This document shows, piece after piece, positions 50,241 to 64,000 of a stretch of 64,000 nucleotides of DNA. Numbering within the stretch: position 1 is the stretch's first letter; each line of letters starts with the position of its first letter. Position numbers and translations under genes: made by a program. The notes under the pieces were generated by a model. That model saw only the letters and a program-made list of their open reading frames with translations. It had not been told where the DNA came from and made no database searches. Origin of the DNA: Octopus sinensis (Eukaryota); contig NC_043004.1 of assembly GCF_006345805.1 (NCBI RefSeq), positions 2,418,001-2,482,000 of the forward strand, in the 5' to 3' direction.

Positions 50241-51141
50241 AAAGAAGGAAGAGAGAGGAAAGAAAATCCCAGAGCGGGCACAGGGAAAGAGAAAAAAGAC
50301 GACTGGTGTTTACGAGTTGCACATGGTGAAAGGCGGATGTTGACGATACACAGAGCAAAGTGGGTTTTTAAAGGCAAAAGAGTGGAGACAAGGTTGGTAA
50401 CCCAACAGATGTGTGTGTATGTGTGAGTGTGTGCGTGTGCGTGTGTGTATTGTGTGTGTGAGGCGAGATGAAAAAACAAAAAAATATGTGTGTGTTTGTG
50501 TGTGCGTCTGTGTGTAGGCGTGTGGGGTAGGGCGAGACTAATGGTCAGCTAGCAGACGAGGTCAGTAGTAAGAAAAAGAAGGAAGGAGGAAGGGAGGGAG
50601 GGGAAGGGGTGGGGGCGTATGTAGCGTGCCAGCGTGTGTTGAGTAGTAGTGTGTGTGTGTGTGTCCAGTGTCGTGGTGGTATTAATGGCGAGTAGATTGA
50701 ATGTGTGTAAGAGTGATGTATATATATAAGCAAGGTGTGTATATGTGTGCGCGTGGTGTGTAACGAAAAAGGGGGGGGGTTAAGGAAAAAGGACTCCAGC
50801 TGAGGGGAAGATGGAAGAGTGGACCGCGGAGACAGGCGTGGAAAACCCAACCGACACGCGACGGTCCCAGGAACGGGCGGGAGGTCTCGTCAGGTCCAAG
50901 GGCGAGGTGTATGCGGCGCGTATGCGGCGCGAGCCGGCGCAAGTGCGTATGTGCGCGTGCCTGCGAGTATGCGCGTAAGTATGTATGTGTGTGGATGTGT
51001 GAGTGTGTCTGTGTGTATGTCTGGGTGGCATGTGTCCGATGAATGTATGTGAGTATGTGTGTATGTATGTGTGGTGCATAGATGTATGTCCGTGTGTGTG
51101 TGTGTGGTGTGTATGTGTGTGAGTGTATATATATATATATG

Positions 51142-51189
<48 letters not shown>

Positions 51190-51257
51190 TATCTAATATA
51201 TATATAAACATATATATACATATCAATATAAATAATATATATGTGTGTTATATAATG

Positions 51258-51302
<45 letters not shown>

Positions 51303-51470
51303 GGGCATATATAGGTAAAAGACGTCACCAACTTTAAACAACATGAAGTACGAAAACAAGCGAGTCAAATATGCAAGCAGCAAGAGAAAAAAATGGAAAA
51401 CAGGACAAGTAACACAAAGAACGACCCTTCATCAGTTGTCAGCTGTCAATTTACTCCTCATTTCGAGCAT

Positions 51471-51504
<34 letters not shown>

Positions 51505-51679
51505 TGTATGTATGTATGTATGTATGTATGCATGTATGTATGTATGTATGCGAATGTATGTGTGTGTGTGTGCATATGTATATATATGTGTGTGTATGCA
51601 TATTCTTTTTTCTATTATTTTACTTGTTTCAGTCATTAGACTGCAGCCTTGCTGGGACTTATATTATTATTATTATTGA

Positions 51680-52232
51680 GTGAGAGAGCAGTGCATGCCA
51701 TCAAAGTGACACTGGGATAAAATATACAAAGCCCAGTATGCTCACCACGATTACCCGTCTGAAAGGAGTACACCAGGCACATGCATCACAACTATATGTG
51801 TGTGACATGGTGATCTCATATCAAGATAAACAGCGCATGACCTTGCAGGTGGGGGCCCAGTTAGAAGTGAGCTCGTCTCGCTCAAAAGATCCTTGAATAA
51901 GGGTTGTGTAAGGATGTCGTATGAAACACCCATATTTTCAAAGGTGAATTATCCAAACCCTAAACAATTCCTCGCAGCACCTGGTTATAATGTTTCCCGA
52001 CTACTTCTGCTCGTGATCAGAGATGCACATATCATCAGCCACTAAGGGACATGCTGAACTGTGTAAGGTCAAACAACTGACAAGCAAATCTGTGGTATTG
52101 AGCAGAATATTTGCTGTAGCCCATCTTTTACACCAAGACAAAACAATGCACATGATAACACTTCCAATGAGTTAAGATCAGAAGCCATGAGAGCCACTGT
52201 CTACTACTGCATCAGGGCATTTATTATTATTA

Positions 52233-52326
<94 letters not shown>

Positions 52327-52346
52327 TTATTATTATTATTATTAAT

Positions 52347-52379
<33 letters not shown>

Positions 52380-52400
52380 TATTATTATATTATTATTTAA
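51680..52400 (+). mobile_element. Unclassified ~540-bp interspersed repeat with a long (ATT)n tail (52222-52400)
   Basis: Unique-looking body ending directly in an (ATT)n run, which suggests a retroposon 3' tail; family not assigned. Confidence 0.4.
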
Positions 52401-52489
52401 TCGGCAAGAATTACAGAGTGACTCCGATTTTCGTGGGTATCAATATACGAAACTCTCAGACATTTAATCACTCTATAACCTCTGCCGGC

Positions 52490-52534
<45 letters not shown>

Positions 52535-52545
52535 TGTGTGTGTGT

Positions 52546-52594
<49 letters not shown>

Positions 52595-52960
52595 CGCGTG
52601 TATATGCGTGTGCATGTGTGTGTGTGATTGTATGCGTGTGTACATTAACAATAGAGTCTAATTAAACTGAAGCTGATGTATGCCGAGCTAGAGCCGAATA
52701 TTCTCGTGTTCATTCGCTTTTCCTCCATCCGTTTATGGGGTTCGATCATGAACATTTCAAATTATTCCTGTATACATGTGATGTGGCCAATGAGACTTCA
52801 GGTCACGTAACTTTGTTCAGTAATTATCAGATTAACTTGCAATAGAGAAACATCATACAGATTTGAAAATGATTTGTCTATCACCAAATGAACTAAGAGT
52901 TAACTAATCAGGAATGGATTTACACAGCTTTCGAGTATGGATTAAGCATATGTGAACGAA

Positions 52961-53181
52961 CCCTTTCGTTACCAACCCGGCTGAAACCGGCTCTGGCTCT
53001 GTAGGACAAAAGTCTTGTTTTCATAAATTTTGGATTAAAATCTTCCACCAAACCTTAGTCTCAATTTATGTTCCTAACACTAGCTTAATGATAACTAAGT
53101 TATTTTACTAAATTCTTTGTTACATCTAAAATAATTGAAAGAAACACAGAGCATCTCAAAATAAATATGGTAACGAAAGGG
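52961..53181. mobile_element. piggyBac-like MITE
   Basis: TIRs ccctttcgttacc (52961-52973) and ggtaacgaaaggg (53169-53181) start with CCC; flanks (GAA / TTAG) resemble a decayed TTAA. Confidence 0.75.
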
Positions 53182-53315
53182 TTAGGAGTTTATTCAGATA
53201 TAACTTTAAAATTGTTTTATATATATAGCTGAAATTTACAGAAAACTAAAGATGAAAACAGATGTATAAACAGTAAAAAGATGTACTAGTTTGACGCACG
53301 GGAAGATGAGAAAGT

Positions 53316-53351
53316 CTTTTACGTTTCGAGCCTACGCTCTTCAACAGAGGA
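53316..53351 (-). ncRNA. Second copy of the CUGUUGA minimal hammerhead-like motif (remnant ~53245-53390)
   Basis: CTGTTGAAGAGCGTAGGCTCGAAACGTAAAAGAC is identical to the 17.5-kb copy. Confidence 0.55.
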
Positions 53352-54059
53352 ACACGAGGAAATAAAAGTTGTAAATATAGAAATATATATAGTTGTGTGT
53401 GTGTGCGTGTGTCTCTCTCTGTGTGTGTGTATGTGTGTGTGTATGTATGTATGTATGTATATATATATGTATGCATGCATGTATATATATATCAGTTGAG
53501 CACTAAGGTTGATGTAATCGATTTACCCCTGCACCGAAATTGCTGGCCTGGTGATAAAATTTGAAATTTGAAACCACTATTAAAAGGGAAGGTTTCAGAT
53601 TTTAAGGGAGTTGTACAAACATCCTATATCTCAACACCATATTGATTTAGTCGCAACTAAAATGGTGAGGCCATATAATTCACGACAGAATATCGACAGA
53701 GGGAAATTCTGTTCTAAAACCAATCAACAGACAAAAATTAGAGGAAACTCACATGAAACTCATCAGGGATTTAAAAACACAGCAAAACCATCCGTGAAAT
53801 TGACTACAATAAATGCTGACATTTGAGAACACACTGACATCGACTGGGTCAAATAATGATCCTCTTCTTCTACGTTTTAAAGTCTAAATTATTTAGCACT
53901 GTCGCAGCGGAGTAACAGGGACAAAATAAGGAAAATAGTGGAAAACTCCAAGGGTTTTTTCAACCTACTCTCTATCTTAATTTTATCGCATCAGTCGACC
54001 CAGGAAGCCAATCCCAGGTTACACTCGCACAAGATCTTCAACGTGTCAAGAACGATGAA

Positions 54060-54275
54060 AACTTTTTGAAAAGTTTGTCTCCTTGTTTGTCCCCTCTATG
54101 TTTAGTCATTGTGAGTAATAAAGAAATAAGAAATTTTAGCACGTCCTGAGATTAAATTCAGCCGAGGTTGACTTTCGAGGTCGATAAATTAAGTACCAGT
54201 TACGTACTGGGATCGATCTAATCGACTGGCCCCTCTCTCCAAAATTCAGACCTTATACCTAGAGTAGAGAAGAAC
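54060..54275 (+). mobile_element. Rearranged SINE family A fragment
   Basis: Family-A linker, core and tail with deletions. Confidence 0.75.
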
Positions 54276-55174
54276 TTTCTCTGTTATGGTCAATGCAACG
54301 ATCACACGCTACGCACGTTCCTTCCAAACACTGCTGTAAATAGCGGAAATAAGCTAGATCGTTAAAATTTAGTGCACATGCACAGCAGATTTCAAGGTCG
54401 ATCTATGCCAAACGACTGCACTCTGCATTCTTTAGCTTCGTTACTATAGGAATACACCTGATACTTATTGGTCAGACCAAGTACACATATATATATATGC
54501 GTATGTATATGCGTTTATATGCTTATATGCATACTTATACATATATAAACACACACACATATATATATATATGAAAATTACATAAATGCACATACACGCC
54601 TAAGTACATATGTAGATGCATATGTATACTGAATAAGGTAACTACGAAAGAGACTGGTTAAGTTATTTCAATTGAAATATTTCTTATACTAGAATCCAGA
54701 TTAAAGAATTGTTTCTTAGAGTAAATGAATGTTCGCAGTTGGCAGCAATTGAACATTGTTCTTGCTTCAAGACCAATGCTTGTCTTGATCGCAGAGCTAA
54801 GAATGTGCGGGGGATTCCCCTGATATATTTTGCGAATTGAACAGATGTGTCGCTTTTCTTATTCTGCACAGGTTCATAAAAATCAAATAAACTAAAGTGT
54901 AATGCCCCCCCCCCTTTTCTATATAAATACCAGAATGGTGAAGACAGGACTCGAACCAGTGACAGAAACATATTGGGAAACTACTTTAGTCCATTGCTGT
55001 GCGAGTTACCAATCTAAAAATATGCACTACTACGACTGTACGGGAACTAATATCTGTCTCGAAACCATTTCTAAAAGAAGTTACTCCAACCAAATCGAAT
55101 CACTCTGTTATTAACGCATCGCTTCTTCACATTTGTTTGTCATCGATTAATCAATACCTATGTCTACAATTTAC

Positions 55175-55175
<1 letters not shown>

Positions 55176-55223
<48 letters not shown>

Positions 55224-55253
55224 GTTATTGTTGTTGTTATTATTATTATTATA

Positions 55254-55311
<58 letters not shown>

Positions 55312-55347
55312 TATTATTATCAGTATTATTACTATTATTATTATTAA
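55176..55347. repeat. (ATT)n microsatellite
   Basis: Source of the poly-I and poly-Y pseudo-ORFs. Confidence 0.97.
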
Positions 55348-55509
55348 TGCATTCTTCTCGTCTTTTCGATGGACACTTAGTAATGCAATTATCATGAATA
55401 TATGTGATACAGACATTTCCACATATGGCGGTCTGTTATATGCGTCAATATATAATAAGCATATGTATTTTTGCATTCGCGTATATAAGTGCTCACATTA
55501 TATACATAT

Positions 55510-55585
<76 letters not shown>

Positions 55586-56139
55586 ATATATATATATAAT
55601 ATATATATATATACATATACAAAGAATAAAATATATGGCACAACGAAGTACCGATATTTACTGGAAATAGCGAACGTAATAATACGACGCTAACCGTTCT
55701 CGTTCTGTTAGCGTTTCGGTGTTTCAGTCGAGTATATTGGCATTAATGTGGTAACATCTGAAATGTTGTCGTGGTATATGTTTGGCTGATGAAGATAGAT
55801 CAAGTATATGAGTGCAGGCATATCTTGAAAAATCTGAAACCGGCGCCGGTCCCACATTATCCTTTTCTAGGTATTTCATCTTTCAGATGTTCTCCCTGGA
55901 GGTAAGACAATTTTTTTCCAGTTTGTTGCACTCACGCATTTTTGCTAGTACATACGCGGTGAAGCTATACATTAGCGTCGTATTATTACGTTCGCTATTT
56001 CCAGTAAATATCGGTACTTCGTTGTGCCATATATTTACTTCTTTGTATATTTTTCCCTCACGGGCTATTCTTTACTGGAAAGCAATACTCTAGTATTGCT
56101 TTACTAATTATATATACATACATACATATATATATATAT

Positions 56140-56176
<37 letters not shown>

Positions 56177-56251
56177 CATATATATATATATATATGTACA
56201 TATATACATATATATGCATATATATACATATGCATACATATATATATACAC

Positions 56252-56300
<49 letters not shown>

Positions 56301-56634
56301 CATACATATGCATACATGTATATTCACCTATAAAAAAGAAAAGTTCTCAATACATGTGCTTGAGTAAATCCACTCAAACTGAGCATCACGTGTCACGTCA
56401 ACAATTCTCAAAAATTTTCTGTAGACTCCTTTTGTAATAAAATCTTCATGTCTGTATTTCATTACCTGAAATACATATATATGGATAATGGAACTGGAAC
56501 TGTAACATCTTACATACGTTTTTACTTTAAATTTTATTCTCCTATTTCCCTTTATACTACCTCTATCCATCCTTTTCGAAAATAACTCCTTATATTGAAC
56601 TCTACTATTTCCTTCTAGTTAACACTTTCACATC

Positions 56635-56680
56635 GTCTCTGATGAAGGGATATCCCTAATATCCCAGACAGCTGTAAGAT
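56635..56680 (+). ncRNA. Damaged type I hammerhead motif (GAAA reduced to GA)
   Basis: gtct CTGATGA A GGGATAT cccta ATATCCC A GA-- CAGCTG TA agat; homologous to 16451-16497. Confidence 0.62.
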
Positions 56681-56746
56681 TACTTTCTCTTTATAAATAT
56701 CCAATAAATTTCACACTGCTTTGATTCTGTTGTCTCATGTTATTTA

Positions 56747-56777
<31 letters not shown>

Positions 56778-57649
56778 CAAATATTATTATATCTAATTCT
56801 CTTAGAGAGAGATATTCAGTAGCACTTCTTTAAAGTAAAGACTTTTTGCGAACATAGTGTGGCTGTCTTGGAAGGGACGAGTATTACTGTTGTTTAGCTC
56901 CAGGAAACATCGTTTCCAACTGGGTATACCACACAATATCCGTGTCCTTATGACCGGTTTCTGGGTTATTGCACTTTATCTACACAGAGTAGCAGTTTGG
57001 CTAGGGAGGCGCTGCTGAATTCCCGTTCGAAAATATATTGTTTCCAAAATAGCACACAGTCACTGATCTAATAAATATATGTTTGAAAACTATTTATTTC
57101 TCTTCATTATGAAAGTGGTCCGTGGACATGTAAAGGCATTTCTTGTCATAGTTTTAGCATGCCATTCTGTTGCAAATATTTTTGTTGTGTTTTTTCTTCC
57201 CCCCCCTCCCTGTGTCCAGTTTTCGGCTCTATTTTATATTTCTTGGTTGCATTAAAGGCAGAAATCGCGTTCTGTTGTTGTTTTGATCGTATTTTGTAGC
57301 TACTCAATTCTTGCGCTTTGCTTTATATATATATTTTTTTTTTGTTGTTAAGCAGTACATATTTTATAGTACTTTCCATATAACATAAAGATCCTACCAT
57401 CGTTAATTCAGGATAAATATTGTTTTGTCCGTTAGACTTTGTGTGATGTCTTATAAATGCAATTATCTGATTTTTTCTATGTAGTTTTACAAATTGATTA
57501 GCATCCATTTAAGAATATTATAGCTATATCTTATTACTGGGACAGCTGGAGTATTGTTGTCTATTGTCTTACTTTTATATTTTCCTCTGTTTTAAGTATA
57601 TGCTTTAATAATATTACATCCTAAAGATTTTCATTTCGTCTGCGTGCAT

Positions 57650-57900
57650 TATATTCTAATTCATTGCGATGTAAGTATTAGTAAAGTCTTTCATAAAACA
57701 TTCCAGTACTGGTTTCTCAACTAACACCATTTTACCGTTAGCAATCCCTCTCCATCACTTTTTTGCTAGGCATTGTAAAATCTGAATCTCACATCAATTC
57801 TTTTCGCAAACATTTCGTATAATCTGTAATATTGGTTCTAGCTGCTTATCAGCAGCAGGTTACATACAAAAGATGGTTGATTGATCTATCCAAGCATTTA
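57650..57900 (-). mobile_element. Possible degraded LINE remnant (R4/Dong- or Tx1-like post-RT region)
   Basis: The minus strand gives ...KKSDGEGLLTVKWC, resembling the LYxPRKxGGRGL motif; many stops. Confidence 0.25.
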
Positions 57901-58469
57901 TTCTGTGTTTAGTCTCGTTTAAGACGTTGATTAAATACGTTGGGGGTAAGTGCAAAGAAAGAAGAGGGAGAGAGAGACTGTTTGGAATATTTCTCTTTAA
58001 ATAGACATCTGCTTAGATTTTACAGTCCCTCAATTTGTTTCGAAATACAGAATTGTGAGTTTTTTCTATTTACTTTCGACGTGTTTAAAGTATTCGCTTA
58101 TTAATAGTATTAACAAAGGTGGCAATCTATCAGAAGCGTTACTGCACCTTTCATCCTTTTGGGATCGATAAGTACGATCTGAGAAACGAGGTCGATGCTA
58201 TCGACTTACCCCATTTCTCAAAATTGCTGGCCTTGTACCTAAATTTGAAACCATTATTAAAATTAGCTTATACATAACTAATGTCTCCCACCAGTAGTCT
58301 ATCCATGTCTTACAGAGTTTCTTCTTTCTCCTGCCACAATTTTTACCGCAGCTTTATTTGTCACAATTGCTAGTTATATTAATGGAAAATTTTACAAATT
58401 TTAGAAGTAGGTATGTTTCCCAGAAATTTATTTAGTCATGCTTTGACCAAATGACTATCAAAATATTCG

Positions 58470-59110
58470 TTTCTACTCCAGGCACTTTGCCCGAAATTTT
58501 GTGAGAGAGGGACCAGTCGATTAGATCGACCCCAGTACGCAACTTCTACTTAATTTATGGGAGGTATCGTAAAAATTAAATAAATGCAGCGTTTAATTGG
58601 TACTTTATTTAGCGATCACTGGGAAGATAAATCGCAAATTTGAATGTAACAGGGTTTGAACGCAGAGTGTGTAAGACTACAAAAATAAATCGTAGAATAT
58701 ATTTTGGATGCTCGTCCCTTTGTGCCAATCAATTAAAAATGGTTTCAAAGTTTGGCACAAGGCCAGAAATTTCGCGGAAGTGGGTAAATGATTAAATCAA
58801 ACACAGTACACAGCTGGTACTTATTTTTTCGACCCCGAAACGATGAAATGCAAATTCGACCTCGGCGGAAATTGAACTCAGAATGTAAAACCGGACGAAA
58901 TGCCGCTAAGCATTGTGTCCAGCGTGTTAACCATCCTTCCAACACGCCAATTTTTCAAATTTTGGCAAAAGGCTAGAAAGGCTGTACGTCTGTATGTTCT
59001 TAGTTCAAATTCCGCTGAGGTCAATAAATACCAATTGAGGACTGGGGTCGATATAATCAACGTACACCCTATCCCGATATTAATGGCCTTTCGTCAAACT
59101 TAGAAACCAA
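58470..59110. mobile_element. Cluster of SINE family A fragments (~58470-58560 minus, ~58740-58945 minus, ~58960-59110 plus)
   Basis: Family-A cores and tails on both strands. Confidence 0.75.
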
Positions 59111-59434
59111 TATCAGAGAGTAGAATAATTTAAACATTACATATTGCAATATCAAAATTTTGTTGAGAAAAACAACTATTAGAAATGTAAAAATGAGGTA
59201 TTAATTACCTTACAAGAAATGTTCAGGTGTGACGATGTTAGAATCTACCCCTAGCCACCCCACTGAGTTGTCTTATTTCCCATTCCTCTCAAAAATGTAT
59301 TCCAAACGCCGAGAGGTACGAAGAAATCGACTTTCAATCACCCGTCGGTTGTGGCTGAATATAATTTCATCATCTTTCCCCAACTGATTTCTGATAACTC
59401 TCGACTACATTGATTTATTTACCCTATTCTAACG

Positions 59435-59501
59435 CAGCGGCAGCAGCAGCAGCAGTTGTAGTAGTAGTAGTAGTAGCAGCAGTAGCAGCAGCAGCAGCAG
59501 C
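59435..59501. repeat. Compound (GCA)n(GTA)n(GCA)n trinucleotide repeat
   Basis: Direct reading of the sequence. Confidence 0.9.
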
Positions 59502-59921
59502 TCGAAGTTCTTTTACGATGATTGTTTGCATTCTGAGTTCCAATTTCACTGAGGAGCAATTTGTCTATCATCCTTCTGGGGGTCAGTATTTACAATTCTT
59601 CTTTCTCTTTTACTCCCTGACAATCGTACGAGCGCCTTGGCTAATTTCCCACAGTGTCTCCTATCTCAAAGACATCAGGCAGAGATGAGCTACATTCTAA
59701 CTACTGTGGTTTCTTACGTTAAAGAAATCGTATAATTAAACCGGATACATTGCCGACAAAGATCTGGGTGGACTTTTCCTTGTAGATTCATAAAATAGCC
59801 AGGTTTGAACTTAAGATTTAAAAAGCCGGAACGATTGCTGTGACTCTTTTTTTTCCGACGCTGGAACAATTCTGCCAATCCATAAGCTATAAGCCCTCAA
59901 TTCACAGTATTTCGGCTTAGG

Positions 59922-60160
59922 TTTCTTATTTCTTTATTACCCACAAGGGGCTAAACACAGAGGAGACAAACAAGGACAGACAAAAGGATTAAGTCGATTA
60001 CATCGACTCCAGTGCGTAACCGGTACTTATTTAATCGACCCCGAAAGGATGAAAGGCAAAGTCGACCTCGGTGGAATTTGAACTCAGAACGTAACGGCAG
60101 GCGAAATACGGCTACGCACTTCGCCCATTATGCTAACGTTTCTGCCAGCTCGCCTTCGTT
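59922..60160 (-). mobile_element. SINE family A, single unit ending in the linker variant
   Basis: Reverse complement of the family-A head, core and tgtttagccccttgtggg linker. Confidence 0.88.
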
Positions 60161-61319
60161 TAGACTTCTGTGGATGTTTCGTTCCTTTTCAAATGCAGGG
60201 AAAATCTATCTCAAATGTTATTGAAGTAAACGGCCAGAAATCTGAGAGGAGGGGAAGAGCTGTTTATTTTATCTGGTAATATATTTTCTTGACCCACAAA
60301 GATTAAGAGACAAATTAGACTAAGGCGGAAATAGAAAGTCCAAAAGAATTCCGCAAGTCATTTTGTTCGACACACAAGCTATCGTACCAACCCACCTACT
60401 TTGACCTTCCTAATAATATAATGATAATGACTATAATTATTACTATCATCACTGTTATAAGTGACAGTTTATCAATAAGATATTTTCCATTTGTTCGTTT
60501 AACCTGCTAGAAACAACAGTCAAATCTCCTCAAATCTCAAAGTACGGTTTTATATAAAGAAGGACATATTAATTAATTAATATAGTCTTAATATAGTCTT
60601 CAACGAAAATAAACGGGTGATACGTGTATACGCAACTGCTCATACATATACTCAGATGGAGTATACCTGAGGTTTAAAGAAAATATCAACTACATAAATA
60701 TATACAGAGATAATATGCAAATCTGTCAACAAGGGACCATCTTCACAGTAATCCAACCCGTTAGAAATAGGAACCAGGCCCGGAAGATTTTGCTTATATT
60801 GCAAAAACACTTTGGATAATAAAATGAAGAATATAGGCGCAGGCGTAGCCGTGAGGTAAGAGGTTTGTTTCCTAACCACGTCGTTCTGGGTTCAGTTCCA
60901 CTGCGTTATGTATTCCCAGAAATATTAGGGTTTGACTGTGATTTATGATTTAGGTAAGTGGGCAACAATTTTGAGGTGACGGGTTTTAGTGATTTCATCA
61001 TCTTATTACTTGACTTGTACCAAACGGAAGAAACGACGAAGTTTGCGATAGCCAGTTTGAACTTAAGATTTAAAAACCCGGAACGATTGCTGCGACTCTT
61101 TTTTTTCCGACGCTGGAATAATTCTGCCAATCCATAACTAAATAAAGGTAATCATTAATAAAACGAATGGATAAATGATGGGCTCGATTCCAAGTATGAA
61201 GTCATCAACAACCACCACCACCATCATTGTTTTCATCGTCATCATCATCATCGTCGTCGTCGTCATCGCCACAATCATCTTTGGCGACAGCAACGGCAAC
61301 GGCATCCAATTCAACAAGA

Positions 61320-62060
61320 AGGCGGCGAGCTGGCAGAAACGTTAGCACGCCGGGCGAAATGCGTAGCCGTATTTCGTCAGCGGTTACGTTCTGAGTTCAA
61401 ATTCCGTCGAGGTCGACTTTGCCTTTCATCCTTTCGGGGTCGATAAATTAAGTACCAGTTACGCACTGGGGTCGATGTAATCGACTTAATCCGTTTGTCT
61501 GTCCTTGTTTGTCCCCTCTGTGTTTAGCCCCCTGTGAGAAATAAAGAAATAAAAATAGCTATTTCCTTTCAACCTCTCGGGGTCGATCAATTAAGTACCA
61601 GTTGCGTACTGAGGTCGATCTAAGTGATTGGCCCCTCCCCCCAAATTTCGGGCCTTGTGCCAAGAGTAGAATAGAAGGCAGTGAGCTGGCAGAAACGTCA
61701 GCACGCCGGGCGAAATGCGTAGCCGTATTTCATCAGCCGCTACGTTCTGAGTTCAAATTCCGCCTAGGTCGACTTAACCTTTCATCCTTTCGGGGTCGGT
61801 TAAATAAGTACCAGTTACGCATGGGGTCGATATATTCGACTTACTCCGTTTGTCCTATCTGTGTTTAGCCCCTTGTGGGTAGTAAAGAAATAGGTATTTC
61901 ACCCGTCGCTACCTTCTTAGTTAAAATGCTGCCGAAGTTGACTTTGCCGTTCATCCTTTCGGGGTTGATAGATCAAGTACTAGTGAAACACTGGAGTCGA
62001 TGTAATCAACTGGTCCCTATCACAAATTTTAGGGCTTGTGCCTATAATAGCAAGGATTAT
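61320..62060 (+). mobile_element. SINE family A multimer cluster
   Basis: Heads at ~61321 and ~61678, each followed by a dimeric body. Confidence 0.88.
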
Positions 62061-62629
62061 TTTAATGAACAATTGTCGGCTACCACTCAGCAGAAAATTA
62101 CAGTAATTCTTCGCCATATCAAGGTTCAACTATCACGGCTCATTTTTCAGGCCTACGTCGGATCCGCCTTGGTGTTGTTTTGTATTTATAATAAAATAAA
62201 TGCATACAAAGTATAAAAATATACAGTACAGTATTGTTTCTACTTCACGGATTTTCACATATTGCGGGGCTTTCGGAACGTAACACACGCGATAATCGAG
62301 GGATTACTGTATTACGGTTTTCTAAATAACGTTACTCACTATCAAGATGTAGCACCTCCCCTTCTCGTTTTCTCCCTCCTCCCCCTCATCAACATTGACT
62401 TAGTTGGCAACATTTGTTTCTTACGTAAACCAGATATTTTATGCAACTTTTACACAATTGGTAGCGTATGAAGTTTATTATTTTATCCTGACATTTCTTG
62501 TTTCTCGTTTCACTTCGCTACAATCATATTCTTTCCTTAATTACCGCTCTCTATCTCTTCCTAGGAGCCTCACAAAATACTTACAAATATACATACCTAT
62601 TTTAATATATATGCATATGTATTTCTCTG

Positions 62630-62633
62630 TGTG

Positions 62634-62676
<43 letters not shown>

Positions 62677-62677
62677 G

Positions 62678-62717
<40 letters not shown>

Positions 62718-62935
62718 TGTATGTATGTATGTACACGCACGCGTGAGTGTGTGTACATATAAGATATATAAACATACATATACAAATATATATATGTGTA
62801 TGTATGTGTGTGAGTGCGTGTGTATATATACGTATGCATGTGTGTGTGTATGTAAATTGATATATATACGTATATAAGGTGGTGCTATTAAGTTAGACAT
62901 GGCCTGGAAACATAATTTTTTATCTAAGTTTTGTG

Positions 62936-62984
<49 letters not shown>

Positions 62985-63062
62985 GGATAAATAGATAGAG
63001 AGAGAGATGAATAGATATATATAGACAGACAGGCAGACATATATACAGACATATAGATAGAC

Positions 63063-63093
<31 letters not shown>

Positions 63094-63178
63094 CAATCAT
63101 AATAAGCATGTATGTATAAAATATACAAAAAAGATTTCCAACTCATGAATATACTAATATATACATGAGCAAATACAA

Positions 63179-63225
<47 letters not shown>

Positions 63226-63288
63226 ATATAAGCACACACAACAAATAAATAGTATCCATAAAGACGCATAATCTATATGTGTGCTTGT

Positions 63289-63345
<57 letters not shown>

Positions 63346-63420
63346 GGCGTTTGTTTATGTGTGTGTGTGTGCGGGCGTTTGTGTATGTGTGTGTTTGTGT
63401 GTATTTATGTAATATACATA
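62630..63420. repeat. Compound (TA)/(TG)/(AGAT) microsatellite field
   Basis: Direct reading; explains the long ORFs at 62404-63269. Confidence 0.93.
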
Positions 63421-64000
63421 TAAATTATAACTTTTTGCAAAAGAAACAAAAAGTCACCCTTAAACAATGAACCAGATATCAATTATGTCCCTAAATCAAT
63501 AAATCTTTGCATGACCTCAAGTGAAAAATAGCGAAAGCTAGAATGCAAAAATGGAAACAAGGAAACAAAAATTAAGAAAGAAAAGTAAAGAAAAATATAA
63601 TTTTTATTTTTTTTGCCTGTTTCCTCGGAAAATACGTCAGAATTAAAAGAAAAACTATAATTGAAGAAGTGTGCTGTCAAGAGAGATAGCAAAGAAACTC
63701 TCTTACGTTCAACTCGTTCGGTTTATGAAATTAGGTATTCGTGATCCGACATTGTACAACAATATTCTTCTATTGTAAAGCCATGCAGGATTCTCTCGGT
63801 GTGTATCTATGTTATAGGAAGTGTGCTAATTGAAAGTTCCGTCTACTAAAAACCACTATTGCTAATCGAGCTGAACACGCAGCGCATGGCTACGGAACCC
63901 TAATCAAAATTGACTTTTGCCGTACTTCATTAAATTAAGACAATTTGTGTGTTAGTTTCGTTTCGTTTCGTTTCGCTTATTTTGTTGTTGTTCTTGTTGT

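Noticed and set aside
51420-51470. GAAA...CTGATGA (minus) as a type II hammerhead
   Set aside because: Stem I and stem III closing pairs mismatch; too weak to call.
51985-52045. CTGATGA...GAAA (minus) in the unclassified repeat
   Set aside because: No stem II, stem III or stem I pairing.

Overview
AT-rich, repeat-dense eukaryotic DNA. The SINE families, mariner relics and very dense (TA)n/(CA)n/(ATT)n/(AGAT)n microsatellites point to a cephalopod, most likely Octopus (inference from pattern recognition; not searched). I found no intact protein-coding gene, tRNA/rRNA gene or CRISPR array. Most ORFs in the supplied track are microsatellite or SINE artefacts. The window holds four tRNA-derived SINE families (including multimeric copies with clean target-site duplications), two mariner relics, a non-autonomous Helitron, several MITE/foldback elements, degraded LINE remnants and a possible small spliced minus-strand transcript at 9.3-11.9 kb. 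The most striking hidden signal is a set of type I hammerhead ribozyme (HHR) motifs from several small Penelope-like/retrozyme-like element families. Three look intact (19793-19837 minus, 25391-25456 minus, 39804-39869 plus). Two of these sit in homologous ~510-520 nt, terminally redundant monomers whose helices differ in sequence but still pair. Five more copies are variant or damaged. Several long, near-perfect hairpins are candidate dsRNA/ADAR substrates. All calls were read by eye; nothing was computed or searched.
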